Assembly: GCA_038727095.1 (NCBI GenBank)
Contig: JAVYWK010000043.1
Span: 1-12,715 of the forward strand
Reading direction: 5' to 3'
DNA length: 12,715 nucleotides
Source of the DNA: Thermofilaceae archaeon
GTDB lineage: Archaea > Thermoproteota > Thermoprotei > Thermofilales > Thermofilaceae
The notes beneath the pieces are model-generated. The model worked only from the letters and a program-made list of their open reading frames with translations, was not told where the DNA came from and searched no databases. Below, piece by piece: positions 6,066-12,715 of the stretch (positions within the stretch are counted from its first letter, which is position 1; every line of letters starts with the position of its first letter). A program made the translations under genes and the position numbers.

Positions 6066-7049
6066 CTAGACTCTCCGGCTATATCGTTTGCCCGGCAGGC
6101 CCCTCCTAGCGAGCTCGTAGAGCATGCCGGCAGCCATCGTCGAGTAGAAGGCCATGTCGAACAGCGGGTATGCGAGCGAGCGAAGCCCCCTACCCTTAGC
6201 CAGGTAGAGGGCAGCCAAAGCTAGGTAGGCTAGCGGCGGGATCAGGAGGAGGTGGGGTAAGCCGATCACCGCCAGGAGCGCGGCCGACGCGTAGAAGGAG
6301 TAGAGGGCGAGCGCGCCGAGCAGCCCGTAGAGCGCGAGGGGGGCTTTCCTATGCTTCAGGAAAAACATCGTGTGGCCCCGCCCGTAGCTGAAGGCTCTCT
6401 TGAGCATCTTGCCCAACCCTCCCCCGTGGAAGTGCTCCACCCTTATCGTTGGGGACACGTAAACCCTGTAGCCGGCCCTGCAGAGCCTCCAGAGCAGCTC
6501 CACCTCGTCGTAGCCGCCCTTGATCCCCTCGTCGAACGGGTTGCTCAGCAGGACCTCCCGCTTGAACGCCATGTTGTTCCCGTTTGGGACTCTCACCCTG
6601 TGGAAGTTCCGGGCCGTGATCTCCAGCTCCCGCTCATAGATCGTCATCATCGGCCAGAGAGCCTCGTTGTAGTACAGCGCGGTAGTGCTTCCCGATATTT
6701 CCCTCGCGGTCAGGACGGAGCCCCCGACCGCCACAGCGTCGGGGTGCTCCTCGAAGAACCGCCTTACGCTCTCGAGCCAGTCGGGAGGGGCTCTGCAATC
6801 ACCGTCCGTGAAGGCGACGATCTCGCCCCTAGCCGCCCTCAAACCCGCGTTCCTCGCCACGTTGATGCCCGCCGGCGGAACCCTTACGACTCTCACGAAC
6901 GGGTAGCGCGAAGCGATCTCAGGCGTCCGATCGCTCGAGCTGTCCGCAACGATGACCTCGAAGTCCCCCAAAGTTTGGCGGGCTAGCGACTCGAGAAGCT
7001 CCACGATTGTACCCTCGTTGTTCCTCGTCGGAACGACGACGGAGATCAC
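6066..7049 (-). CDS. Family 2 glycosyltransferase with C-terminal membrane helices
   Basis: ISVVVPTRN, EVIVADSSSD, ARNAG, AFTDGD (DxD) and GYDEVEL motifs. The start is trimmed to GTG 7049, about 21 nt from CTTAAAAG. The longer ORF-track start would run antisense through the C/D sRNA. Confidence 0.9.
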   Translation of the reverse strand: MISVVVPTRNNEGTIVELLESLARQTLGDFEVIVADSSSDRTPEIASRYPFVRVVRVPPAGINVARNAGLRAARGEIVAFTDGDCRAPPDWLESVRRFFEEHPDAVAVGGSVLTAREISGSTTALYYNEALWPMMTIYERELEITARNFHRVRVPNGNNMAFKREVLLSNPFDEGIKGGYDEVELLWRLCRAGYRVYVSPTIRVEHFHGGGLGKMLKRAFSYGRGHTMFFLKHRKAPLALYGLLGALALYSFYASAALLAVIGLPHLLLIPPLAYLALAALYLAKGRGLRSLAYPLFDMAFYSTMAAGMLYELARRGLPGKRYSRRV

Positions 7050-7069
7050 ACCCGAGTAAACCCTCAAGG

Positions 7070-7077
7070 CTTTTAAG
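7070..7077. promoter_or_regulatory. TATA-like element, probably bidirectional (GT2 operon on -, C/D sRNA on +)
   Basis: CTTTTAAG lies about 21 nt from the GT2 GTG (7049) and about 23 nt from box C (7100). Confidence 0.55.
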
Positions 7078-7099
7078 TGGACATCGCCCCAATTAGCCA

Positions 7100-7148
7100 G
7101 TGATGAGGGTTTCTGGTTCAGAGGTGTGAAGAGAGCTTGATTGGCTGA
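7100..7148 (+). ncRNA. Archaeal box C/D 2'-O-methylation guide sRNA
   Basis: Box C GTGATGA (7100-7106), 12-nt guide GGGTTTCTGGTT, box D' CAGA (7119-7122), box C' GTGAAGA (7126-7132), 12-nt guide GAGCTTGATTGG, box D CTGA (7145-7148). This is canonical archaeal 12/12 spacing, and the element is intergenic. Confidence 0.9.
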
Positions 7149-7253
7149 TACATCGGGAAAATCCACTTGCCCTCGGCTTTTAACCTGCAGGTGGGTTCAG
7201 GAGCTCCAGCGTTGCTATCGTCGAGTAGCCGTCCTGCTGGGCCTCAATCGCAG

Positions 7254-7829
7254 CTAGCGCCAGTGGGCTGCGACGGCGATGAGAGCGCCCACTGCGATCA
7301 CGACGGCCCCCGCGTACTCGGCTACGGCTACCGACGGCCAGCGGACTGTAGCCTCAACCAGGTAGCCGAGCGGTACTGGAAGGAGGCCTAGCAGGAGGAG
7401 GATTATGCCCGGTGTACGCCTCTTCTCCGCGAGCATTGCGAGGCCGAGCGCTGCTATGGCTAGGAAGGATTGGACGTAGAACCAGGTGGATACGAAGACG
7501 TGCGGCCTCGTCCCACCCGGGTAGACACCGATGAGGGCCAGGAAGATTCCGGCAACGAAGTAGAGGCCGCAGGCGAAGGCGGCACCCCTGCTCCTCGACG
7601 CCAAAAGGAGGCCCAGTGAGTAGAGGCACATCATCGCACCAAGCACAATTAAGCCGTAGTTGTAGATCCACGGGTCCGTAGCCCCCGGTGCACCCAGATC
7701 GCTGAACGCGTGCCTGTAGAAGTCAAACCAGGGGTTTCGCGCCACAGAGGCTAGCACAACCACGTGGAAGGCTGGGAAGGCTAACGGGCCCAGCAGCATC
7801 AGAAATCTCGAGAGATTCCTTGTGTCCAC
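7254..7829 (-). CDS. DUF998-like multi-pass membrane protein
   Basis: NPWFDFYRHAFSDLG, IYNYGLI, FLALIGVYP and HVFVS motifs, with about 6 hydrophobic segments. Confidence 0.8.
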   Translation of the reverse strand: MDTRNLSRFLMLLGPLAFPAFHVVVLASVARNPWFDFYRHAFSDLGAPGATDPWIYNYGLIVLGAMMCLYSLGLLLASRSRGAAFACGLYFVAGIFLALIGVYPGGTRPHVFVSTWFYVQSFLAIAALGLAMLAEKRRTPGIILLLLGLLPVPLGYLVEATVRWPSVAVAEYAGAVVIAVGALIAVAAHWR

Positions 7830-8117
7830 GCCCTCCCGATTCGGGCATGTAAATGAACTTGGCGTTAGGCGAAGCCGCCAGCCTAGACGACGATGGAAAT
7901 GTGGGGTAGAGATGGGGTTCGATCGTATCGTGGCTTTTACGATTCGAGCGGGCCTCGGAGTCGGTGGAGGGCGCTCACCGGTCGCCGACGTGCAACTTCC
8001 TCACGGGCCGGCCTTAACCACCCGCGGTGGCTTATGAAGTTCGCGGGGCCGGATGTCAAGGGTCTCCCGATACGCCTTTACGGTGTTATTCCCAACCCGA
8101 AGACCTAGACGCCTACA

Positions 8118-8191
8118 CAGCTAGCCCATTAAGCTAGCTGATAGTGTGATGCATCATATAGCTCTTAAAGCTAGATTTTTTAAGCTAGCTG
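8118..8191 (+). promoter_or_regulatory. vapBC-3 promoter/operator with repeated AGCTAG sites
   Basis: 12-bp direct repeat TTAAGCTAGCTG at 8129-8140 and 8180-8191 (containing the palindrome AGCTAGCT), further AGCTAG at 8119 and 8169, palindrome TGATGCATCA at 8147-8156, and TATA-like TTTTTAAG at 8177-8184, about 20 nt before the GTG. Confidence 0.65.
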
Positions 8192-8204
8192 TAGCAGCTG
8201 CAGT

Positions 8205-8447
8205 GTGGCGAAGGTTCAAGTGAACTTGAAGCTTGACGCGGAGCTTGTGCGAGAGGTGGAGCGCCTCGTCAGTGAGGGGTACTTTCCGACGAAGACGGAA
8301 GCTTTCACTCAAGCGTTAAGGATGCTAATCAGGCAGTACAAGGCTGAGGAGTTGAAGAGGAGGTTGAACAGGGTTAGGGAGGGCACTGAATCTTTACCCA
8401 GCGCGTCTGCTGCCGTGGTGGCTCTCCACGAGGAGGAGGACGCCTGA
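8205..8447 (+). CDS. vapB: Ribbon-helix-helix (CopG/MetJ-like) antitoxin, VapB-type 3
   Basis: KVQVNLKLDAELVREVERLVSEGYFPTKTEAFTQALR is an RHH pattern (GYFxxxxEA). It overlaps a PIN gene. Confidence 0.87.
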   Translation: MAKVQVNLKLDAELVREVERLVSEGYFPTKTEAFTQALRMLIRQYKAEELKRRLNRVREGTESLPSASAAVVALHEEEDA

Positions 8448-8895
8448 AAGGTTAGCCGTTGACTCGAGTGTTTTTGTCAAGTGGTTCAAGAAGGGTGAGG
8501 AGTATGAGGGTGAGGCTCTACAGCTCTTCGAGGATGCGGTGAGCGGCGGGCTCCAGCTGGTCTGCTCGGAGTGGGCGCTGCTCGAGGTTGCACGCGCCCT
8601 CCGGAAGGCGGGTTTCCCGCCGGATAAGGTGGAGGAGAGCTACCTTCTTCTGAAGGACTTGGTGGGCCTAGGTTCGATCGAGCTGGTCCCCGTGTCGGAG
8701 GTGCTCGATCTAGCGAAAACCCTGGTTGTCGAGTTGAACCTCTACGCTTCGGACGCTGTGCACCTGGCGGCGGCTATAACGCGTTCCGCAGACCTCCTGA
8801 CGGAGGATGCGCACCTCCTGCGCCGCGAGATCATCGAGTACGCGGGAAAGAGGGGGCTCAGGGTTCTCCAGCTCAAGAGTCTGCGTGAAAGCTAG
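8440..8895 (+). CDS. vapC: PIN-domain VapC-type toxin 3, whose expected start codon is ACG (non-canonical start or start-loss pseudogene)
   Basis: The frame of ORF 8539-8895 extends upstream as (T)PERLAVDSSVFVKWFKKGEEYEGEALQLFED, which carries the first PIN Asp. There is no ATG/GTG/TTG between the in-frame TGA at 8365 and 8539. ACG at 8440 follows GAGGAGG. LLEV, ASDAVH and TEDAH motifs are intact. Confidence 0.8.
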   Translation, partial: TPERLAVDSSVFVKWFKKGEEYEGEALQLFEDAVSGGLQLVCSEWALLEVARALRKAGFPPDKVEESYLLLKDLVGLGSIELVPVSEVLDLAKTLVVELNLYASDAVHLAAAITRSADLLTEDAHLLRREIIEYAGKRGLRVLQLKSLRES

Positions 8896-8904
8896 GTTCT
8901 TGAA

Positions 8905-9567
8905 TTGGCGCCCCGCCACTCGCATGTGCTCGGCGAGGAGTTCTTCGAGAGGTTGAGGAGGGCGGTTGAACCCTACTACCGGCACTCCCACCACGACAGG
9001 GATCACGTTGAACGAGTGTACAGGTTGGCTCTCAGGATTGCCAGCGAGCTCGGCGAGCCGGTGGATCTCGACGTTCTGAAGGCTGCAGCACTGCTACACG
9101 ATGTGGCGAGAGCGATGGAGGATGAGGGGCTCGTCGACGACCACGCTAAAGAGGGCGCGGTGATCGCTCGCAGGATCCTCTCCGAGCTCGGCTTCCCCTC
9201 CGATAAGGTGGAGAAGGTCTGCCGATGCATTGAAGCCCACAGGTTCAGGAGCGGGGTTAAGCCGGATAGCATCGAAGCGATGATCCTCCAGGACGCCGAC
9301 CGGCTCGACATGCTGGGGGCTATCGGCGTGGCTCGCGCCTTCGCGAGGGGTGGTTGGGCGAACACCCCGTTCTACGACCCCTCAGTGCCACCGAAGGAGA
9401 GCTACGACGGCCGCTCGGAGACGGTCATCAACCATTTCTACGAGAAGATCCTTAGGATCAAGGATACGCTCAACACGGAGCCCGCGAAGAGGATCGCTGA
9501 GGGCAGGCACAAGTTCGTGGAGGAGTTTATCGAAAGGTTCATGAAAGAGTGGGAGGGAGAGTTGTAG
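8905..9567 (+). CDS. HD-domain metal-dependent phosphohydrolase (YedJ-like)
   Basis: HDRDHVERV, AALLHDV, DHAKEGA, IEAHRF, ILQDADRLDMLGAIGVARAF and HFYEKIL motifs. The start could be GTG 8926. Confidence 0.92.
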   Translation: MAPRHSHVLGEEFFERLRRAVEPYYRHSHHDRDHVERVYRLALRIASELGEPVDLDVLKAAALLHDVARAMEDEGLVDDHAKEGAVIARRILSELGFPSDKVEKVCRCIEAHRFRSGVKPDSIEAMILQDADRLDMLGAIGVARAFARGGWANTPFYDPSVPPKESYDGRSETVINHFYEKILRIKDTLNTEPAKRIAEGRHKFVEEFIERFMKEWEGEL

Positions 9568-9581
9568 CCCCTACACTGTGG

Positions 9582-10874
9582 CTAGCGAACGAGCGTGGCT
9601 CCCGCGCCCGCAAGTTCATCGGCCCGTGCTCGAAGCAGCTCCCTCAAGGCTCTAGCCTCCTTCGGTATTCTGATAGCTACAAGCGTGAAGAACGCGAAGC
9701 ATAGCAGCCAAGTGGATACTCCGATCCAGAGTATCGCTTCGCCCAAGCTCCACCTTGCAGCTAGGTATCCCGCGATAGCGGGGGCGAAGCTGCTCCCAAT
9801 GTTCTCGAAGAAGGCTTGGAAGGAGGCCGCGCTAGAGCGCAGCTCTGGCTCCACAATGTCGCCCCACATCGCTGAAACCTGGGGTCCGGCCTGCGGTATC
9901 ACGAAGGCTGTCGCGATGCCGAAGATGAAGAACTCCCACTCCGATCTGGCCCTCATCGTCAGGAGGATCAGCACGGCTGAGAGGAAGACGATGATGGCCC
10001 CGTAGATCGCCCTCCCCCGGATCGTCCTCCTGTACAGAGCGTCCCCCATATACCCTGCGAATAGGTTCCCGGCGGCCATCATTACCAACCAGGCGACCAT
10101 CGTTACCATGATGGCTTCAGGGCTCATGCCGCGCTCGTTCTGCATGTAAGTTATGATCCAGTACGTTATCGCGGCCCACGGGAACACGCCCCAAAAGCCC
10201 TGAAGGTAGAGGAGCAGGAGGGACTTGTTCCTCGTCAGCTTCACCAAGTCTGAAACTTTAGCCTTAAAGACGTCCTTTGACAGCAGGCCCTTAAGCTCCG
10301 GCTCGCTGCTCCCGCGCGGCACGTCCCTCACGAACAAGTAGAGTAGGAGACCGGTGACGATGCCGATCGAGCCGGTGATGTAAAACGCGTACCTCCAGGA
10401 AAGGCCGGCTGAGACGAGGCTAAGGGAGAGAACGGTGCCTAGAATGGCGCCGAGGGGGCCTGTCGTGTTGAGGATGCCCATGGCTCTGGCCCGACGCTCG
10501 GGTTCAAAGTAGTCGAGGACAAGGCTCGACATGCCCGGTGGAGCAGCGTCATCGACAGCCGTTGAGAGACGGGTTGCGAAGAACTCCGCGAACGACCTTG
10601 ATAGTGCGTTGATGAGCGAGGTGAAACCCCAGACGACTGCAGCCAAGCTGACGAGGAGCCGCCTCGAGTACCTGTCGTAGAGGAAGCCCCAAACGGGGTA
10701 GAGGATCGCTGCTATGAAGCCCGTCAAGGAGAAGACGAGGCCCAGCTCGAAGTACTCCACGTGAAAGTCCTCCATCACTTGCGGCGCGACAGCTGATATC
10801 ACGAAGCGGTCGGCTTGATGGAATAGGAGGAACAGCACGAAGATGGCTAGAACCAGCGCTCTATGCTTCGCCAC
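9582..10874 (-). CDS. Major facilitator superfamily (MFS) transporter
   Basis: 430 aa with about 12 TMs, ADR in TM1, GFLYDRYSRR motif A and DYFEPERRARAMG. TTTTTA lies about 23 nt upstream of the GTG. Confidence 0.92.
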   Translation of the reverse strand: MAKHRALVLAIFVLFLLFHQADRFVISAVAPQVMEDFHVEYFELGLVFSLTGFIAAILYPVWGFLYDRYSRRLLVSLAAVVWGFTSLINALSRSFAEFFATRLSTAVDDAAPPGMSSLVLDYFEPERRARAMGILNTTGPLGAILGTVLSLSLVSAGLSWRYAFYITGSIGIVTGLLLYLFVRDVPRGSSEPELKGLLSKDVFKAKVSDLVKLTRNKSLLLLYLQGFWGVFPWAAITYWIITYMQNERGMSPEAIMVTMVAWLVMMAAGNLFAGYMGDALYRRTIRGRAIYGAIIVFLSAVLILLTMRARSEWEFFIFGIATAFVIPQAGPQVSAMWGDIVEPELRSSAASFQAFFENIGSSFAPAIAGYLAARWSLGEAILWIGVSTWLLCFAFFTLVAIRIPKEARALRELLRARADELAGAGATLVR

Positions 10875-10954
10875 GGCTCGGGTCCTATAACAGCGATAAA
10901 AAGAGTGTCGCCGTAAGAACAGCTAACAGAAAAAGGGTTTACCGTAAAGGTTGT

Positions 10955-11443
10955 TCACTTCCTTTCAGCTAGCATTCTATCGAGCGCGAGGAGGCCGGCG
11001 GGGTGGTCTTTCACGAGCTTTACTCTTGCCAGTAGTTCGCTGGCGTTCTTCTCCTCTTCCACCTGTTCGTCAACGAACCACTTGAGGAAGCTTTCTGCAG
11101 CTTTATCGCCAGCCTGCCTCGCCAAATCCACCATTCTCCAAATCCTCTTCGTATTCTCGACTTCAGCGTTGAGAAAGTCCTCAGCTGCCTCCAGCACGCT
11201 GGCCCACCTTGTCTTCGGCTTCGGGACTTCCTGCAGCTCAACACTCCAACCCCGATCCACCATGAAGCGGTAGAACTTCATCGCGTGCTCAAGCTCCTCA
11301 CGAGCCTGCGCCGTGAAGTAGTGGGCAAAACCGGGTAGCGTAACGCTTTCGAAGTAGGCGGCCATCGATAGGTAAAGGTAAGCGTTCCTCAGCTCCTGGT
11401 TCAACTGCCTATTAAAATCGTTCACCAACTCGAGTTGACTCAT
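10955..11443 (-). CDS. ftn: Non-haem ferritin
   Basis: QLNQEL..AYLYLSMAAYF, QAREELEHAMKF, NAEVEN and FLKWFVDEQVEEE provide the ferroxidase-centre residues of prokaryotic ferritins. TTTAAA lies upstream at 11477-11472. Confidence 0.95.
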   Translation of the reverse strand: MSQLELVNDFNRQLNQELRNAYLYLSMAAYFESVTLPGFAHYFTAQAREELEHAMKFYRFMVDRGWSVELQEVPKPKTRWASVLEAAEDFLNAEVENTKRIWRMVDLARQAGDKAAESFLKWFVDEQVEEEKNASELLARVKLVKDHPAGLLALDRMLAERK

Positions 11444-11478
11444 ACTATCAAAAACCTTATGCCCTCGGCAATTTAAAC

Positions 11479-12570
11479 TTATCCTTCGTTGCCCCCCTCA
11501 CTCGCCGTTTTTACCGCCTTTGCCCTCCTCCTTAGCAGCATAGCTGCTACAGCAGTTATGGCGGCAGCGCCCACCGCTACGGACAGCTCGCGTAGGCCGA
11601 TGCCGTACCCCCCGATGGTTAAGATAATGTCCAGTGTCAGAGCTACCTCCGCGGCCTCCCCCTCGACAACTCTGGCTTCGATCGTGGACGATTTGCCAGC
11701 CTTTGAGGCGGAGAGAGCGTAGCTCCCTGCGGGTAGATCGGCGGTGATGGAGCCGTCGTTTCCCGTTTCCCCGACGAGCTCCACCCTACCTCTAATGAGG
11801 CTAACGCTAGCCTGGGGCAGCGGCCTGTTGAGGAGGTCTTGAACCCTGATGGTGAGCCTGCCAACACCCCCCACCGTCACGCTTGAACCCGGTCTCGCCG
11901 ATACGGTCCTGTTAATGGGGAGGCCCATCCAGTACAGGACGGTAATGTTGGCTTCACCGCAGGCCAGCTGAACGCGGCCGAGAGAGTCCGAAGTGCCGCG
12001 GTACTGCACGCCCCCGGGGCACGCGACCAGCACGTCTGCGGATGCCAACGGCGTCCCGAAGGGCGTCAGCAGCCTCGCTTCCCCTCGCAGCACGGCGCCA
12101 GGAAGCAGGATGACGGCGGGCGGGGGAGCTCTCCGGGTGACAGTTGCGTTTAGTGTCTCGATGAGGCGGCTATCCGTGATCCAGGTTTCATTCCCCCTCG
12201 CGGTGGAGAGGAGTAGGCCGGTGGCGTTGACGGCTACACTGAGGAGGCGGAGGAGCTCTGCGGCATCCCTATCCCCCACCACGGCCAGCTTGGCTGTACC
12301 GTTCACGATGAAGACCGTGAAGGGTACGTAGTACGTGCCCCCGACCAGCGCGCTGTACAAACTCATGTACTCCTCCGTGTCGGTTCGGTTCTCGTTCACG
12401 TCCACGAAGGTTAGGGGGATTCCCATCCTCGTCAGGGTCTCCTTGAGGTGGAGGCAGTGGGGGCATGTGCTCATACCGTACTCAACGGCGCAGACGCTGA
12501 TCGGTGTCGCGACGGCTGCACCTGCAGAAGCTAAGATTAGCAGCAGCGCCGCGATGACTTTGAAGCCCAC
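11479..12570 (-). CDS. Surface-anchored glycoprotein: thioredoxin/glutaredoxin-fold domain (CPHC), two carboxypeptidase-regulatory-like beta domains and a C-terminal TM anchor
   Basis: Signal peptide, YGMSTCPHC, VPFT, repeats GTPLASADV...GTSDSLG and NRPLPQASV...GETGNDG...LPAGSY, a C-terminal hydrophobic helix followed by RRRAK, and seven N-x-T sequons. Confidence 0.75.
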   Translation of the reverse strand: MGFKVIAALLLILASAGAAVATPISVCAVEYGMSTCPHCLHLKETLTRMGIPLTFVDVNENRTDTEEYMSLYSALVGGTYYVPFTVFIVNGTAKLAVVGDRDAAELLRLLSVAVNATGLLLSTARGNETWITDSRLIETLNATVTRRAPPPAVILLPGAVLRGEARLLTPFGTPLASADVLVACPGGVQYRGTSDSLGRVQLACGEANITVLYWMGLPINRTVSARPGSSVTVGGVGRLTIRVQDLLNRPLPQASVSLIRGRVELVGETGNDGSITADLPAGSYALSASKAGKSSTIEARVVEGEAAEVALTLDIILTIGGYGIGLRELSVAVGAAAITAVAAMLLRRRAKAVKTASEGGNEG

Positions 12571-12644
12571 ATCAATCCAGCGTTCACAGCAGCTTTAAGC
12601 CTAACTAACCACCCTCCCGGGAATCGCCGTGCACGCTGGGGCAA

Positions 12645-12658
12645 GCGATTTTTATCGC
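12645..12658 (+). promoter_or_regulatory. TATA box within a short palindrome (GCGAT-TTTT-ATCGC)
   Basis: 5-bp inverted repeat around TTTTTA, about 24 nt before GTG 12679. Confidence 0.45.
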
Positions 12659-12678
12659 AGCACTCCTTTGCTGATCGC

Positions 12679-12715
12679 GTGCAGCCGAGGGAGAGGTGCA
12701 TTCGAGCCATTGAGC
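12679..12715 (+). CDS. 5' end of a partial CDS, possibly uroporphyrinogen decarboxylase/MtaA-CmuA family
   Basis: GTG start giving MQPRERCIRAIE, which resembles the M-x-x-RER-x-x-x-A-I N-terminus of that family. Spacing from the TATA is leaderless. Only 12 codons are visible. Confidence 0.4.
   Translation, partial: MQPRERCIRAIE

Noticed and set aside
6351-6986. 211-aa + strand ORF, and the other short ORFs antisense to or nested in called genes
   Set aside because: These are shadow ORFs typical of GC-rich coding DNA. They overlap well-supported genes and have no recognisable motifs.
7050-7166. N-terminal extension of the GT2 ORF
   Set aside because: The GT2 fold starts at ISVVVP. The extension crosses the TATA box and is antisense to the C/D sRNA.
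7990-8036. Fragments resembling RNase P conserved regions (GAGGAAG on -, GGTGGCTTA on +)
   Set aside because: They lie on opposite strands and lack the rest of the consensus.
7822-8108. Two 71-aa + strand ORFs (7822-8037, 7893-8108)
   Set aside because: They overlap each other, have Arg/Gly-biased composition, and show no family motif or clear promoter.
11460-11470. TGCC-CTC-GGCA palindrome in the ferritin promoter as a metal-regulator site
   Set aside because: The arms are only 4 bp, too short to distinguish from chance.
11479-11620. Archaeosortase sorting signal at the C-terminus of the surface thioredoxin protein
   Set aside because: The TM helix and basic tail are present, but no PGF- or PEF-type motif precedes them.
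1-12715. CRISPR array, tRNA/rRNA genes, integrase or transposase
   Set aside because: I saw no regularly spaced repeats, tRNA consensus, rRNA-like sequence or recombinase motifs.

Overview
This 12.7 kb, GC-rich window is archaeal, probably Thermoproteota and Thermofilum/Thermoproteales-like. That is inferred from TATA boxes about 21-25 nt before mostly GTG leaderless starts, a canonical archaeal C/D-box sRNA and the protein families present. It holds three vapBC-type toxin-antitoxin (TA) operons, each with a palindromic or repeated operator over its TATA box. Each PIN toxin looks attenuated in a different way: a frameshift, a missing catalytic Glu, or an ACG in place of the start codon. Other genes are two MFS transporters, a membrane metal-dependent hydrolase, a GT2 / carbon-nitrogen hydrolase / thioredoxin-CcdA operon, a DUF998-like membrane protein, an HD-domain hydrolase, a ferritin and a second surface-anchored thioredoxin-fold paralog. 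Two non-coding elements are missed by the ORF track. One is a dual-guide C/D-box sRNA (7100-7148). The other is an unrecognised 155-nt element (2545-2699) just downstream of vapBC-2, with a 40-bp G.U-rich stem closing a multi-hairpin junction. It has an alternative fold and a 10-nt copy of the vapB-2 start-codon region. All family assignments come from motif recognition by eye, not database searches.
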